Part shown: one piece after another, positions 29,061 through 37,357 of the stretch | Layout of the letters: each line of letters opens with the position of its first letter | Position numbering within the stretch: the stretch's first letter is position 1 | Made by a program: the position numbers and the translations under genes | Notes under the pieces: model-generated | Database searches by the model: none | What the model was told of the DNA's origin: nothing | The model's input: only the letters and a program-made list of their open reading frames with translations | Source: Campylobacteraceae bacterium | GTDB lineage: Bacteria; Campylobacterota; Campylobacteria; Campylobacterales; JALSKU01 | Length of the DNA stretch: 64,000 bases | Direction: 5' to 3' | NCBI GenBank assembly: GCA_026993075.1 | Contig: JALWUQ010000005.1 | Span: forward strand, 1,022-65,021

Positions 29061-30360
29061 AATTCATTTTATAGGAATTGGAGGGATAGGTCTCTCGGCA
29101 CTGGCAAGATTTTTAAATCATAAAGGATATATAGTAAGCGGCTCTGATATAAAAGATACTCATATTACAAATGAATTAAGAAATGAGGGTATCAGAGTTG
29201 ATGTTCCCCATAATTCTATAAACATAACAAATCAAGATTATATAATTTATTCTGCAGCAATAAAAAAAGATAACATAGAATATAAAAGAGCAAAACAATT
29301 AGGACTTACGGTACTTTCAAGAAAAGAGGCTTTGAAGATTATATTGAAAAATAAAAAAGTATATGCAGTTGCCGGAGCTCATGGAAAAAGTACAACAAGT
29401 GCAATTTTGGCATCATTGGTTGATGGAAGTATGATAATAGGTGCAGAAAGTAATCAATTTAGCTCAAATATGCACTATTGTGATAGTCAAAATTTAGTTT
29501 TTGAAGCGGATGAGAGTGATGAGAGTTTTTTAAATTCAAATCCTTATATGGCTATTGTTACAAATTGTGAGCCTGAGCACATGGACTTTTACAATCATGA
29601 TATTAAAAGATTTTACAGTGCTTATGAAAGATTTTTAAAAATAGCAAAAGTTAGAGTTATAAATGCTGAAGATGAATTTTTAGGTTCACTTGACATTGAT
29701 GCAATTAAGCTTTATCCGTCAAAAGATATCAAAAATATAGGTTATATTTTGGAAAACAATAAGCCTTATACTATATTTAATCTAAAGGATTTTGGTAAAT
29801 TTAAAGTGATAGGTCTTGGAGATCATGTGGCGCTTGATGCATCTTTGGTTATACTTGCTGCACTTTATGAGGGCATGAGTAAAGATGAAATTCGATTTAA
29901 AATAAAAAACTATCAAGGCATAAAAAAGAGATTTGATATTTTAGTAAGTGGAGACAGAGGTGCAATCGTGGATGATTATGCTCATCATCCAACTGAAATA
30001 GAAGCTACACTAAAATCAGCAAAAAAATATGCAAGCCTAATGGGTTACAAGAGTGTCAAAGCGATATGGCAACCGCATAAATATTCAAGAGTTATAGACA
30101 ATATAGAAAAATTCAAAACCTGTTTTCAGGAGGCAAATGAGTTGACTATATTGCCTGTTTGGAGTGCAGGAGAAACAAAAGTAGATATAGATTTTGGAGA
30201 AATATTTAAAAGTTATAAACCTGTATTTGCAGATAGAGTAAAAAGAGAAGACGATAAGCTTAAATTGATAAAAGACAACCATTGTATCAATACTTTAAAA
30301 CAAGAGTTGATTATTGGTTTTGGAGCCGGAGATTTAACTTATCAATTAAGAGGAAAATAA
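29053..30360 (+). CDS. murC: UDP-N-acetylmuramate--L-alanine ligase
   Basis: IHFIGIGGIGLSALARFL N-terminus and the Mur ligase P-loop GAHGKSTTS. Confidence 0.92.
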   Translation: MNKIHFIGIGGIGLSALARFLNHKGYIVSGSDIKDTHITNELRNEGIRVDVPHNSINITNQDYIIYSAAIKKDNIEYKRAKQLGLTVLSRKEALKIILKNKKVYAVAGAHGKSTTSAILASLVDGSMIIGAESNQFSSNMHYCDSQNLVFEADESDESFLNSNPYMAIVTNCEPEHMDFYNHDIKRFYSAYERFLKIAKVRVINAEDEFLGSLDIDAIKLYPSKDIKNIGYILENNKPYTIFNLKDFGKFKVIGLGDHVALDASLVILAALYEGMSKDEIRFKIKNYQGIKKRFDILVSGDRGAIVDDYAHHPTEIEATLKSAKKYASLMGYKSVKAIWQPHKYSRVIDNIEKFKTCFQEANELTILPVWSAGETKVDIDFGEIFKSYKPVFADRVKREDDKLKLIKDNHCINTLKQELIIGFGAGDLTYQLRGK

Positions 30361-30701
30361 TGAGAATTGTATTACTTCTTGTAGTAATTTTACTCTTTTT
30401 GATTATATTTTCAAACAAAACAATACCTACATATTTAAAGACTATTTTTTCAATCTTATTGGTTGTGATATTTGCTTTTGGATATTTATATGAAATGAAT
30501 ATGGAAAACAATGAAGCTGTGAGAATAAAAAGACTGGAATATTTTCAGCAAGGTAAAGAGTTGTTGTGTCGTGGAAAAATAATCGTAAATAATAAAACAT
30601 TCTCATATCTTAGTGGTACAATGACATTTTCTCCATTTTTGGGAAATATTAAAGATAAAGGACTTATCATCAGTATCAATAATTGTCGTATTAAGAAATA
30701 G
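30360..30701 (+). CDS. Small membrane protein (2 TM), unknown function
   Basis: 113 aa from the ATG at 30360, overlapping the murC stop (TAATG). MRIVLLLVVILLFLIIF... The listed start at 30282 lies inside murC. Confidence 0.55.
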   Translation: MRIVLLLVVILLFLIIFSNKTIPTYLKTIFSILLVVIFAFGYLYEMNMENNEAVRIKRLEYFQQGKELLCRGKIIVNNKTFSYLSGTMTFSPFLGNIKDKGLIISINNCRIKK

Positions 30702-30710
30702 GTTACGCTG

Positions 30711-32909
30711 ATGCAAGAGATTATAAATAAACTTGATTTGGGCAATTTTATAACGACATTTACTACCTTTTTATCAAGAAATAAGCCTGTATTTATACAA
30801 GGAGATATTAAATTACATTATAAATACATACAAGAACTTTCAAAATATGAGTTTAAGCCTCCGCCTGAAGTATCCAATCTTGACCAAAATATTATCCATC
30901 TTAAAAAAATGGGTGTATTAAAACTTTATGAAATATATGAATTTATAAAAATTATTAATTATTTTACATATATTAAAAAAATTTTATTACAGGGTGATTT
31001 GGTAACTTGGTTGGAAAATATTAAGATTCCTCAGGATATTTTAGATTTGATAAAATACTTTGATGAAAAAGGAGAGTTAAGAAGTGATATAGATGATGAA
31101 TTTTTAATGATAGAAAATGCAATTATTAAAAATAAAAAAAATTTAAAAGAGTCTTTAAGAAGAATTTTAAGTTCACAAAAACTTGCTCCATATCTTGTCG
31201 ATACTCAAATACATTATGTAAATTCTGAAGAAGCTTTGCTTTTAAGAGGAGGATTTAATCATGTTTTAAGAGGTACCGTTACAGGTAGAAGTTCAGCTGG
31301 ATTTTTTTATATTGTTCCAGAGTCAATTAAAAAACTAAAAGAAAAAGAGGCAGGATATTTAAGTAAAAAAGAAGAAATCAAATATAAATATGAAAAAAAA
31401 ATATCCTTGATTTTAAGTAGTTATATTAAATTTTTAACTTTTCTCAATAAAGAGTTTGACAGATTTGATCATTATCAAGCAAGAGTTTTTTTTGCAAAAC
31501 AAAAAGATTATAATTTTTTATTGCCAAATAGTAAAAAGGAGATATTGATAAAAGATTTTAAACATCCTGCTTTAAAAGAGCCTAAGGCGGTATCAATAGA
31601 ATTTAAGAAAAAATTACTTTTTATTACGGGCGTAAATGCAGGTGGAAAAACTATGCTTTTGAAATCAATATTAAGTGTAGCTTTTTTATCAAAATACTTA
31701 CTTCCTATGAGTATAAATACATATCATTCCAAGATAGGTAGTTTCAAATACATAAAAGCTATTCTTGATGATCCTCAAAATGTAAAAAACGATATCTCCA
31801 CATTTGCCGGTAGGATGACTGAATTTAGTAAACTTTTTAGATTAAATGGAGCATTAATAGGGGTTGATGAGGTGGAGCTTGGAACAGATTCTGATGAAGC
31901 TGCGGCACTGTTTAATGTAATGCTTCAAGAATTAATTAAAAAGGATATGAGAATTATTATAACTACTCATCATAAAAGACTCGCATCCATGATGGCATCT
32001 TTTGATGAAGTTGAGTTATATGCAGCTTTATACGATGAAAAATATAGGATACCTACATTTGAATTTTTAAAAGGCACTATTGGGAAAAGCTATGCTTTTG
32101 AAACAGCTTTAAGATACTCTATACCTGTAAATATAGTTCAAAATGCTAAAAAGTTATATGGAAAGGATCAAGAAAGTTTAAGTGATTTGATTCAGAAAAA
32201 TATTGATTTAGAACTTGATTTAAAGAAAAAAACTTATCAATTAAAAGAAGATTTGGATGAAATTAAAAAAGAGAAACAGAAGATAAAAGATATAAAAGAT
32301 AAGAGTCAAGAAAAATTAGAAAATATAATAAATTCTTATGAATCAAAATATAGAGTCTTGATGAGTGAAATTAAAAAAGTTGCCAGAGAAAATAATACTA
32401 AAGAAATTCATCGGACACTAAATAAAATAACTAAAATCAAAAAAGATATCAAGGTTGAAAAAATACCTTGTAATGACTCTTTTAAATTAGGAGATTTTGT
32501 AAAATTTGGAAATCAAAAAGGAAAGATTGTCTCTTTAAAAAAGAGTGAAGCAACCTTGGAGTGTAGTGGTATGATTCTTAGAGTACCATTATCTAAGTTA
32601 AAACATACTACAATTATTTTAAATAAAGAAAAAATAAAGACAAGTATTAAACATCAAAAGCCAAACTCATCATCCATTAAGATTGACTTACATGGAATGA
32701 GAGCAGAAGAGGCACTGGAAAAACTTGATAAGTTTCTTTCAGATGCTTTGATAACAGGATATGATGAAGTTTTGATAAGCCATGGCATAGGTACTGGCAA
32801 ATTAGCCTATGCAGTTAAAGAATTTTTAAAAATTCATCCAAAAATAAAAAGTTTTGAAGACGCTCCAATAAATCTTGGAGGTTATGGGGCAACTTTGGCA
32901 AGGCTATAA
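30711..32909 (+). CDS. mutS2: Endonuclease MutS2 (MutS ATPase + C-terminal Smr domain)
   Basis: Walker A GVNAGGKT, MutS-type ATPase core, coiled-coil linker, and a C-terminal Smr domain (IDLHGMRAEEALEKLDKFL). Confidence 0.9.
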   Translation: MQEIINKLDLGNFITTFTTFLSRNKPVFIQGDIKLHYKYIQELSKYEFKPPPEVSNLDQNIIHLKKMGVLKLYEIYEFIKIINYFTYIKKILLQGDLVTWLENIKIPQDILDLIKYFDEKGELRSDIDDEFLMIENAIIKNKKNLKESLRRILSSQKLAPYLVDTQIHYVNSEEALLLRGGFNHVLRGTVTGRSSAGFFYIVPESIKKLKEKEAGYLSKKEEIKYKYEKKISLILSSYIKFLTFLNKEFDRFDHYQARVFFAKQKDYNFLLPNSKKEILIKDFKHPALKEPKAVSIEFKKKLLFITGVNAGGKTMLLKSILSVAFLSKYLLPMSINTYHSKIGSFKYIKAILDDPQNVKNDISTFAGRMTEFSKLFRLNGALIGVDEVELGTDSDEAAALFNVMLQELIKKDMRIIITTHHKRLASMMASFDEVELYAALYDEKYRIPTFEFLKGTIGKSYAFETALRYSIPVNIVQNAKKLYGKDQESLSDLIQKNIDLELDLKKKTYQLKEDLDEIKKEKQKIKDIKDKSQEKLENIINSYESKYRVLMSEIKKVARENNTKEIHRTLNKITKIKKDIKVEKIPCNDSFKLGDFVKFGNQKGKIVSLKKSEATLECSGMILRVPLSKLKHTTIILNKEKIKTSIKHQKPNSSSIKIDLHGMRAEEALEKLDKFLSDALITGYDEVLISHGIGTGKLAYAVKEFLKIHPKIKSFEDAPINLGGYGATLARL

Positions 32910-32912
32910 TAA

Positions 32913-33047
32913 ATGAAATATTCATATTTTTCAAAAATACAAATACAAATAAAAACTATGAATGTTTCTCTTGCCCATTGGGGCAAAGCAATGCTAAAGA
33001 GGAATTTTGCTGAAGCTTGCTTTAGTAAAAAGGAGATTATTAGGTGA
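32913..33047 (+). CDS. Candidate 44-aa mini-ORF spanning the cassette (29-aa conserved core from ATG 32958)
   Basis: MKYSYFSKIQIQIKTMNVSLAHWGKAMLKRNFAEACFSKKEIIR. Its TGA overlaps the GTG start of the next gene (GTGA). The core is conserved in frame in copy 2. Confidence 0.35.
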   Translation: MKYSYFSKIQIQIKTMNVSLAHWGKAMLKRNFAEACFSKKEIIR

Positions 33048-33050
33048 AAA
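32913..33050 (+). repeat. Gene-start cassette copy 1 (paralogue of 38495-38627)
   Basis: About 85% identical by hand alignment to the copy upstream of proB. The last 41 nt differ at 1 position and contain aaggag plus the GTG start of the downstream gene. Bracketed by TGAAA at 32914-32918 and 33045-33049. Confidence 0.85.
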
Positions 33051-33535
33051 AAATTATATTAATATTGATTATGTTTGTGAGTTTACTTTTTTCATATAAC
33101 AGCAATGATTTAAATAAATTTAAAAAAAACAGAGATTGCCCAAAATGTGATCTTAGCTATGCTAATTTGAAAGGATGGGATATTACCTGGGCAGATTTAA
33201 AAGATGCAAACTTAAGCCATGCAAATCTAAATGGAGCCAATGCTCACAGGGCAGATTTTAGTGGTGCTGATTTAAGCTATGCAAGTTGCAAAGGAACAAA
33301 TTTAAAGGGAGTAAAATTTATAGGCGCAAAACTTGTAAAAGTTAATTTTACAAATGCAAGAATTTGGAAAAGCAATTTCACCAATGCTAAGATTGTAAAA
33401 TGTAATTTTAAAGGTGCGGCTCTTGGCTCAAGTATTTTTAAGGGAAACAATTTAAGTAATTCAAAATTTGACAGCAATACTATTTTATATAAAACGGTAT
33501 TTGAGCATGTTAAGGGAATACCAAAAAGGAAATAA
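33044..33535 (+). CDS. Secreted pentapeptide-repeat protein
   Basis: Signal peptide followed by tandem A(D/N)LxX pentapeptides (ANLKGWDITWADLKDANLSHANLNGANAHRADFSGADLSYA...). Confidence 0.8.
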   Translation: MKKIILILIMFVSLLFSYNSNDLNKFKKNRDCPKCDLSYANLKGWDITWADLKDANLSHANLNGANAHRADFSGADLSYASCKGTNLKGVKFIGAKLVKVNFTNARIWKSNFTNAKIVKCNFKGAALGSSIFKGNNLSNSKFDSNTILYKTVFEHVKGIPKRK

Positions 33536-33536
33536 T

Positions 33537-34637
33537 ATGGATACAAAAGAGTTGTTTTTTAAGTTGCTTTCATTCAAATCAATAACCCCAGATGATGGTG
33601 GAGCTTTTGAATTTATAAAAGATTATATGAAAGACTTTAAATCTGTAAGGCTTGATAAAAAGGGAATTAAAAACCTTTTTTTATATAAGAAATTTGGCGA
33701 AGGCAAACATCTTTGTTTTGCAGGACATATTGATGTGGTACCATCTGGTGAGGGATGGGACAGTGATCCTTTTGTACCGGTTGAGAAAAATGGATATATT
33801 TATGCCAGAGGTGCACAGGATATGAAAAGTGGAGTTTGTGCTTTCTTGCAAGCTTGCAAAGAGTGCAAAAAGTTTGATGGAACTCTCTCTTTACTTCTTA
33901 CAAGTGATGAAGAGGGTGAAGCAAAGTTTGGAACGGTTGAGGTTTTAAATTACTTGAAAAAAGAGAATTTTTTACCCGATTTTGCTGTAGTTGCCGAACC
34001 AACATGCGAAAAAATATTTGGTGATACCGTGAAAATAGGAAGAAGAGGTTCGATAAACGGATATCTTACTTTAAAAGGGAGACAAGGACATGCTGCCTAT
34101 CCTGATAAATCAATAAATCCTATCAACCTAATAGCACCGATTTTATTTAAAATAGCAGGTATTGATTTGGATAGTGGAGATGAAAATTTTGCTCCTAGTA
34201 AGTTTGTAATCACTGATATAAGATCTGGAATGCAAGTTACAAATGTAACTCCTGATAAGTTGGATATGATGTTTAATGTAAGAAATTCTACTAAAACATC
34301 AAAGAGTGATATTGAATCTTTTGTATATAAAAATTTTAAAGGATTTGAGACAGAAATTAGATTAAAACAAAGTTCAAAACCATTTTTGACAAATAGAAAC
34401 TCTAAAATAGTAAAGTTAATGTCTAAAACAATTAAAGAGTGTACCAAAGTAAATCCAAGTTTGAGCACTTCAGGGGGAACCAGTGATGCCAGATTTTTTG
34501 GTGAATTCGAAGTAGAAACTGTTGAATTTGGCGTAAAAAATGATACAATACATTCTGTAAATGAAAGAACAACTTTAAAAGAAGTAAAAAAGTTGGAAGA
34601 AGTTTTTAAAACTTTGATAAATAACTTAAAAGGATAA
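33537..34637 (+). CDS. dapE: Succinyl-diaminopimelate desuccinylase
   Basis: M20 peptidase motifs (CFAGHIDVVPSGEGWDSDPF, ARGAQDMKSG, SDEEGEA). I prefer the ATG at 33537 over the listed 33468, which overlaps the upstream gene. Confidence 0.85.
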   Translation: MDTKELFFKLLSFKSITPDDGGAFEFIKDYMKDFKSVRLDKKGIKNLFLYKKFGEGKHLCFAGHIDVVPSGEGWDSDPFVPVEKNGYIYARGAQDMKSGVCAFLQACKECKKFDGTLSLLLTSDEEGEAKFGTVEVLNYLKKENFLPDFAVVAEPTCEKIFGDTVKIGRRGSINGYLTLKGRQGHAAYPDKSINPINLIAPILFKIAGIDLDSGDENFAPSKFVITDIRSGMQVTNVTPDKLDMMFNVRNSTKTSKSDIESFVYKNFKGFETEIRLKQSSKPFLTNRNSKIVKLMSKTIKECTKVNPSLSTSGGTSDARFFGEFEVETVEFGVKNDTIHSVNERTTLKEVKKLEEVFKTLINNLKG

Positions 34638-34640
34638 AAT

Positions 34641-35015
34641 ATGCAATACATTCAAACAGATAAGGCACCAGCAGCTATCGGACCATACTCTCAAGCTATA
34701 AAAGTAGGTGATATGGTTTACACTTCAGGACAAATAGCTCTTGATACAAAAGGATTATTTTTTGATGGTACGGTCAAAGATCAAGCTCAGCTTGTTTTGC
34801 AAAATCTTGAAGAAGTTTTAAAAGAAGCGGGGAGTTCTATGCAACAAGTTGTTAAAACTACAATATTTCTGGCAGATATGACAGATTTTAATGAAGTCAA
34901 CGAGGTATATGCAAAAGCATTTGGAAATCATAAACCTGCAAGGAGTACAATAGAGGTGCAAAATCTTCCAAAAGATGCACTTATAGAGATTGAGGCAATA
35001 GCTAAAATAGATTGA
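34641..35015 (+). CDS. ridA: RidA/YjgF-family reactive intermediate deaminase
   Basis: 124 aa with APAAIGPYSQAIKVGDMVYTSGQIAL...ARSTIEVQNLPKDALIEIEAIA. Confidence 0.9.
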   Translation: MQYIQTDKAPAAIGPYSQAIKVGDMVYTSGQIALDTKGLFFDGTVKDQAQLVLQNLEEVLKEAGSSMQQVVKTTIFLADMTDFNEVNEVYAKAFGNHKPARSTIEVQNLPKDALIEIEAIAKID

Positions 35016-35146
35016 ATAACTGACCTTACGCACTTTTTTCTCGAAAAGTCCTACTTTTCGTAAGCTTCAAGGGGTTGTAGGGACTTTGAGTTTCTGCCAC
35101 TATAGAGAGCTTTGCTCATTATAGTGCGTAAGGTCAGTGAATAACT
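35013..35146. mobile_element. MITE-like palindromic element (~118 bp) with 16-bp terminal inverted repeats and 9-bp flanking direct repeat
   Basis: The TIR actgaccttacgcact (35019-35034) pairs with agtgcgtaaggtcagt (35123-35138). The direct repeat TGAATAACT occurs at 35013-35021 and 35138-35146. Internal hairpins include cgaaaag-tccta-cttttcg (35042-35060) and cactata...tatagtg. No ORF is present. Confidence 0.65.
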
Positions 35147-35158
35147 TAGGATATATAA

Positions 35159-35908
35159 GTGAAAAAAATAATTTTATTTTTATCTATATTTGCAGTCTTC
35201 TTGTATGCAGGTGTTAAAACGACTATAAAATTTAAATCTCTTGACAATGTTATTATCACTGCTGATTTATACATAAGTAATATAAATAAAAAAACTCCAT
35301 TTATTGTTTTATTTCATCAAGCAGGTTGGAGCAGAGGTGAGTACAGTGGTATCGCATTGAAACTGAATGCTCTTGGGTATAATTGTATGGCAGTAGATCT
35401 TAGATCCGGAGGAGAGATAAGAGGTGTTGAAAATCTTACAAAAAAGGATGCTGTAAAAAAAGGTAAAAGTACAACATATATAGATGCGATGCAAGATATA
35501 AAAGCATCTCTTTTGTATGCAAGAGATCATTTTGCCAAAGGGCAGCTTATCGCATGGGGAAGTTCTTATTCAGCTGCTCTTGTTATAAAGATTGTTGGTG
35601 ATGATAACAAACTTGCTGATAAAGTTATATCTTTTTCTCCCGGAGAATATTTTACAAAATACAATAAAGCACCGGATTGGATTAAACAATCTGCAAAAAA
35701 ACTAAGAGTTCCTATATTTATAACTTCAGCAAAAAATGAAAAAAAATATTGGCAGCCTATATATAATGCCATAAATTCTAACAAATCTTTTTATCTTCCA
35801 ACAAAAACAAAAGGTCATCACGGCTCAAGATCTCTTTGGAGCAGATACAGTGATAATACCGGATATTGGAGAGCTGTTAAAGGATTTCTAAGGAGTGACT
35901 ATAAATGA
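35159..35908 (+). CDS. Secreted alpha/beta-hydrolase-fold protein
   Basis: Signal peptide, HQAGWSRGEY, and the nucleophile-elbow-like AWGSSYSA. 249 aa with a GTG start. Confidence 0.6.
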   Translation: MKKIILFLSIFAVFLYAGVKTTIKFKSLDNVIITADLYISNINKKTPFIVLFHQAGWSRGEYSGIALKLNALGYNCMAVDLRSGGEIRGVENLTKKDAVKKGKSTTYIDAMQDIKASLLYARDHFAKGQLIAWGSSYSAALVIKIVGDDNKLADKVISFSPGEYFTKYNKAPDWIKQSAKKLRVPIFITSAKNEKKYWQPIYNAINSNKSFYLPTKTKGHHGSRSLWSRYSDNTGYWRAVKGFLRSDYK

Positions 35909-36585
35909 GTTTAGACCTTTATGCAAAGATAGAGCCTTATATAGGTTTCTACGAACATTATGAGAGGTTATATGGCTTTTATATGAAAATTTTAAGTGAA
36001 TTTGAGATAAATAATATTTTAGATGTAGGATGTGGAAATGGTAGAATGTTGGAACATTTGCAACAAAGCTATGATGCCCGTGGAATTGATTTGAGTGCCA
36101 AGATGGTAGAAATAGCAAGAAAAAGAGGTGTTTTGGCAGAACAAAAAAATATATCTCAAGTTAAAGAAAAGTATGATGCCATTGTTGCTGTTGCTGATGT
36201 GTTAAACTATATGGATGCGAAATCTCTCAAGAGGTTCTTAAAATATATAAAAAATGCTTTAAAAAAAGATGGTATATTTATATGCGATATCAATAGCAAG
36301 TATGGATTTTGTGATGTTGCAGACGGAACAATGATAAAAGAAGATAGTGAAATATTTTTGGCAATAGATGCTATATTTGATGGAAAAATATTAGATACCA
36401 ATATAACATTTTTTGAAAAAGAAGATGAAATGTATAAAAAATATAGTGGTTCGATTTTACAGTATTATCACAGCAACAAAGAGATAATCGAATATACTCC
36501 AATGGAGATAGTAGATAAAAAACAAATTAGCCTTTTCTCTGAGAAACCTGATAAAATAATTTACACTTTTTCAAATAAAGTATGA
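35905..36585 (+). CDS. Class I SAM-dependent methyltransferase
   Basis: SAM-binding motif I ILDVGCGNGRM. 226 aa. 4-nt overlap with the upstream gene. Confidence 0.75.
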   Translation: MSLDLYAKIEPYIGFYEHYERLYGFYMKILSEFEINNILDVGCGNGRMLEHLQQSYDARGIDLSAKMVEIARKRGVLAEQKNISQVKEKYDAIVAVADVLNYMDAKSLKRFLKYIKNALKKDGIFICDINSKYGFCDVADGTMIKEDSEIFLAIDAIFDGKILDTNITFFEKEDEMYKKYSGSILQYYHSNKEIIEYTPMEIVDKKQISLFSEKPDKIIYTFSNKV

Positions 36586-36705
36586 AAGTTGTTATCTATA
36601 AGTATCATATAATGCTCTACTTAACCGAAATTTAAATATTTTTAGGATATACTTCGCGTTCATGGTCTGTTTTTGCAGGCTAAATCACTTAAAAAGGAAT
36701 AGCTG

Positions 36706-37014
36706 ATGTACGCTATTATCAAAAATGGTGGGAAGCAATACAAAGTTCAAGAGGGAGATTTTTTAAATCTCGACAAGCTTGACGCTCAGCCAAAAGATAC
36801 CGTAGAGGTAGAAGAAATACTTGCTGTCAATGACGGTGAGTTTAAAGTGGGTACTCCATTTGTTGATGGAGCAAAAGTAACACTCGAAGTTGTAACTAAC
36901 GCAAAAGCCAAAAAGGTTGTGATTTTCAAAAAAAGAAGAAGAAAAGACAGCAAGCTAAAAAAAGGTTTTAGAAGAGAATATACTCGCGTAAAAGTTACAA
37001 ATATTTCAGCATAA
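36706..37014 (+). CDS. rplU: 50S ribosomal protein L21
   Basis: [18 protein letters not shown]... is the canonical L21 N-terminus. Confidence 0.95.
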   Translation: MYAIIKNGGKQYKVQEGDFLNLDKLDAQPKDTVEVEEILAVNDGEFKVGTPFVDGAKVTLEVVTNAKAKKVVIFKKRRRKDSKLKKGFRREYTRVKVTNISA

Positions 37015-37023
37015 GGAGAAGAA

Positions 37024-37281
37024 ATGGCTCATAAAAAAGGTCAGGGTAGTACCCAGAATAATAGAGATAGTGCAGGAAGGCGTTTAGGTGTTAAAAAATT
37101 TGGCAGTGAATTTGTCAGAGCCGGTAATATTATAATAAGACAAAGAGGAACCGCTACTCATCCAGGTAACAATGTTGGAATGGGTAAAGATCATACATTG
37201 TTTGCTTTAATTGATGGATATGTAAAATTTGAAAGAAAAGATAAGCATAGAAAAAAAGTTTCAGTTTATACCGCAGCATAA
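37024..37281 (+). CDS. rpmA: 50S ribosomal protein L27
   Basis: [27 protein letters not shown]... is canonical L27. Confidence 0.95.
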   Translation: MAHKKGQGSTQNNRDSAGRRLGVKKFGSEFVRAGNIIIRQRGTATHPGNNVGMGKDHTLFALIDGYVKFERKDKHRKKVSVYTAA

Positions 37282-37285
37282 CTTG

Positions 37286-37315
37286 AAAAGAGAAAGTTTA
37301 ATTCTTTCTCTTTTT
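37286..37315 (+). terminator. Rho-independent terminator/attenuator after rpmA
   Basis: An 11-bp stem aaaagagaaag/ctttctctttt with loop tttaatt. The 3' arm runs into a T-tract. Confidence 0.55.
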
Positions 37316-37357
37316 ACCGACCCATCTCCTATAACCAATTAATACAAGGCAATCAAA

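Noticed and set aside
35016-35158. Possible homology between the MITE-like element and the gene-start cassettes (shared gtttct...gcc and tgaagctt words; both are followed by GTGAAAAAAAT).
   Set aside because: The shared words are short, lie on inconsistent strands relative to each other (aagctt is itself a palindrome), and GTG-AAA-AAA-AT is a common signal-peptide start. There is no alignable similarity.
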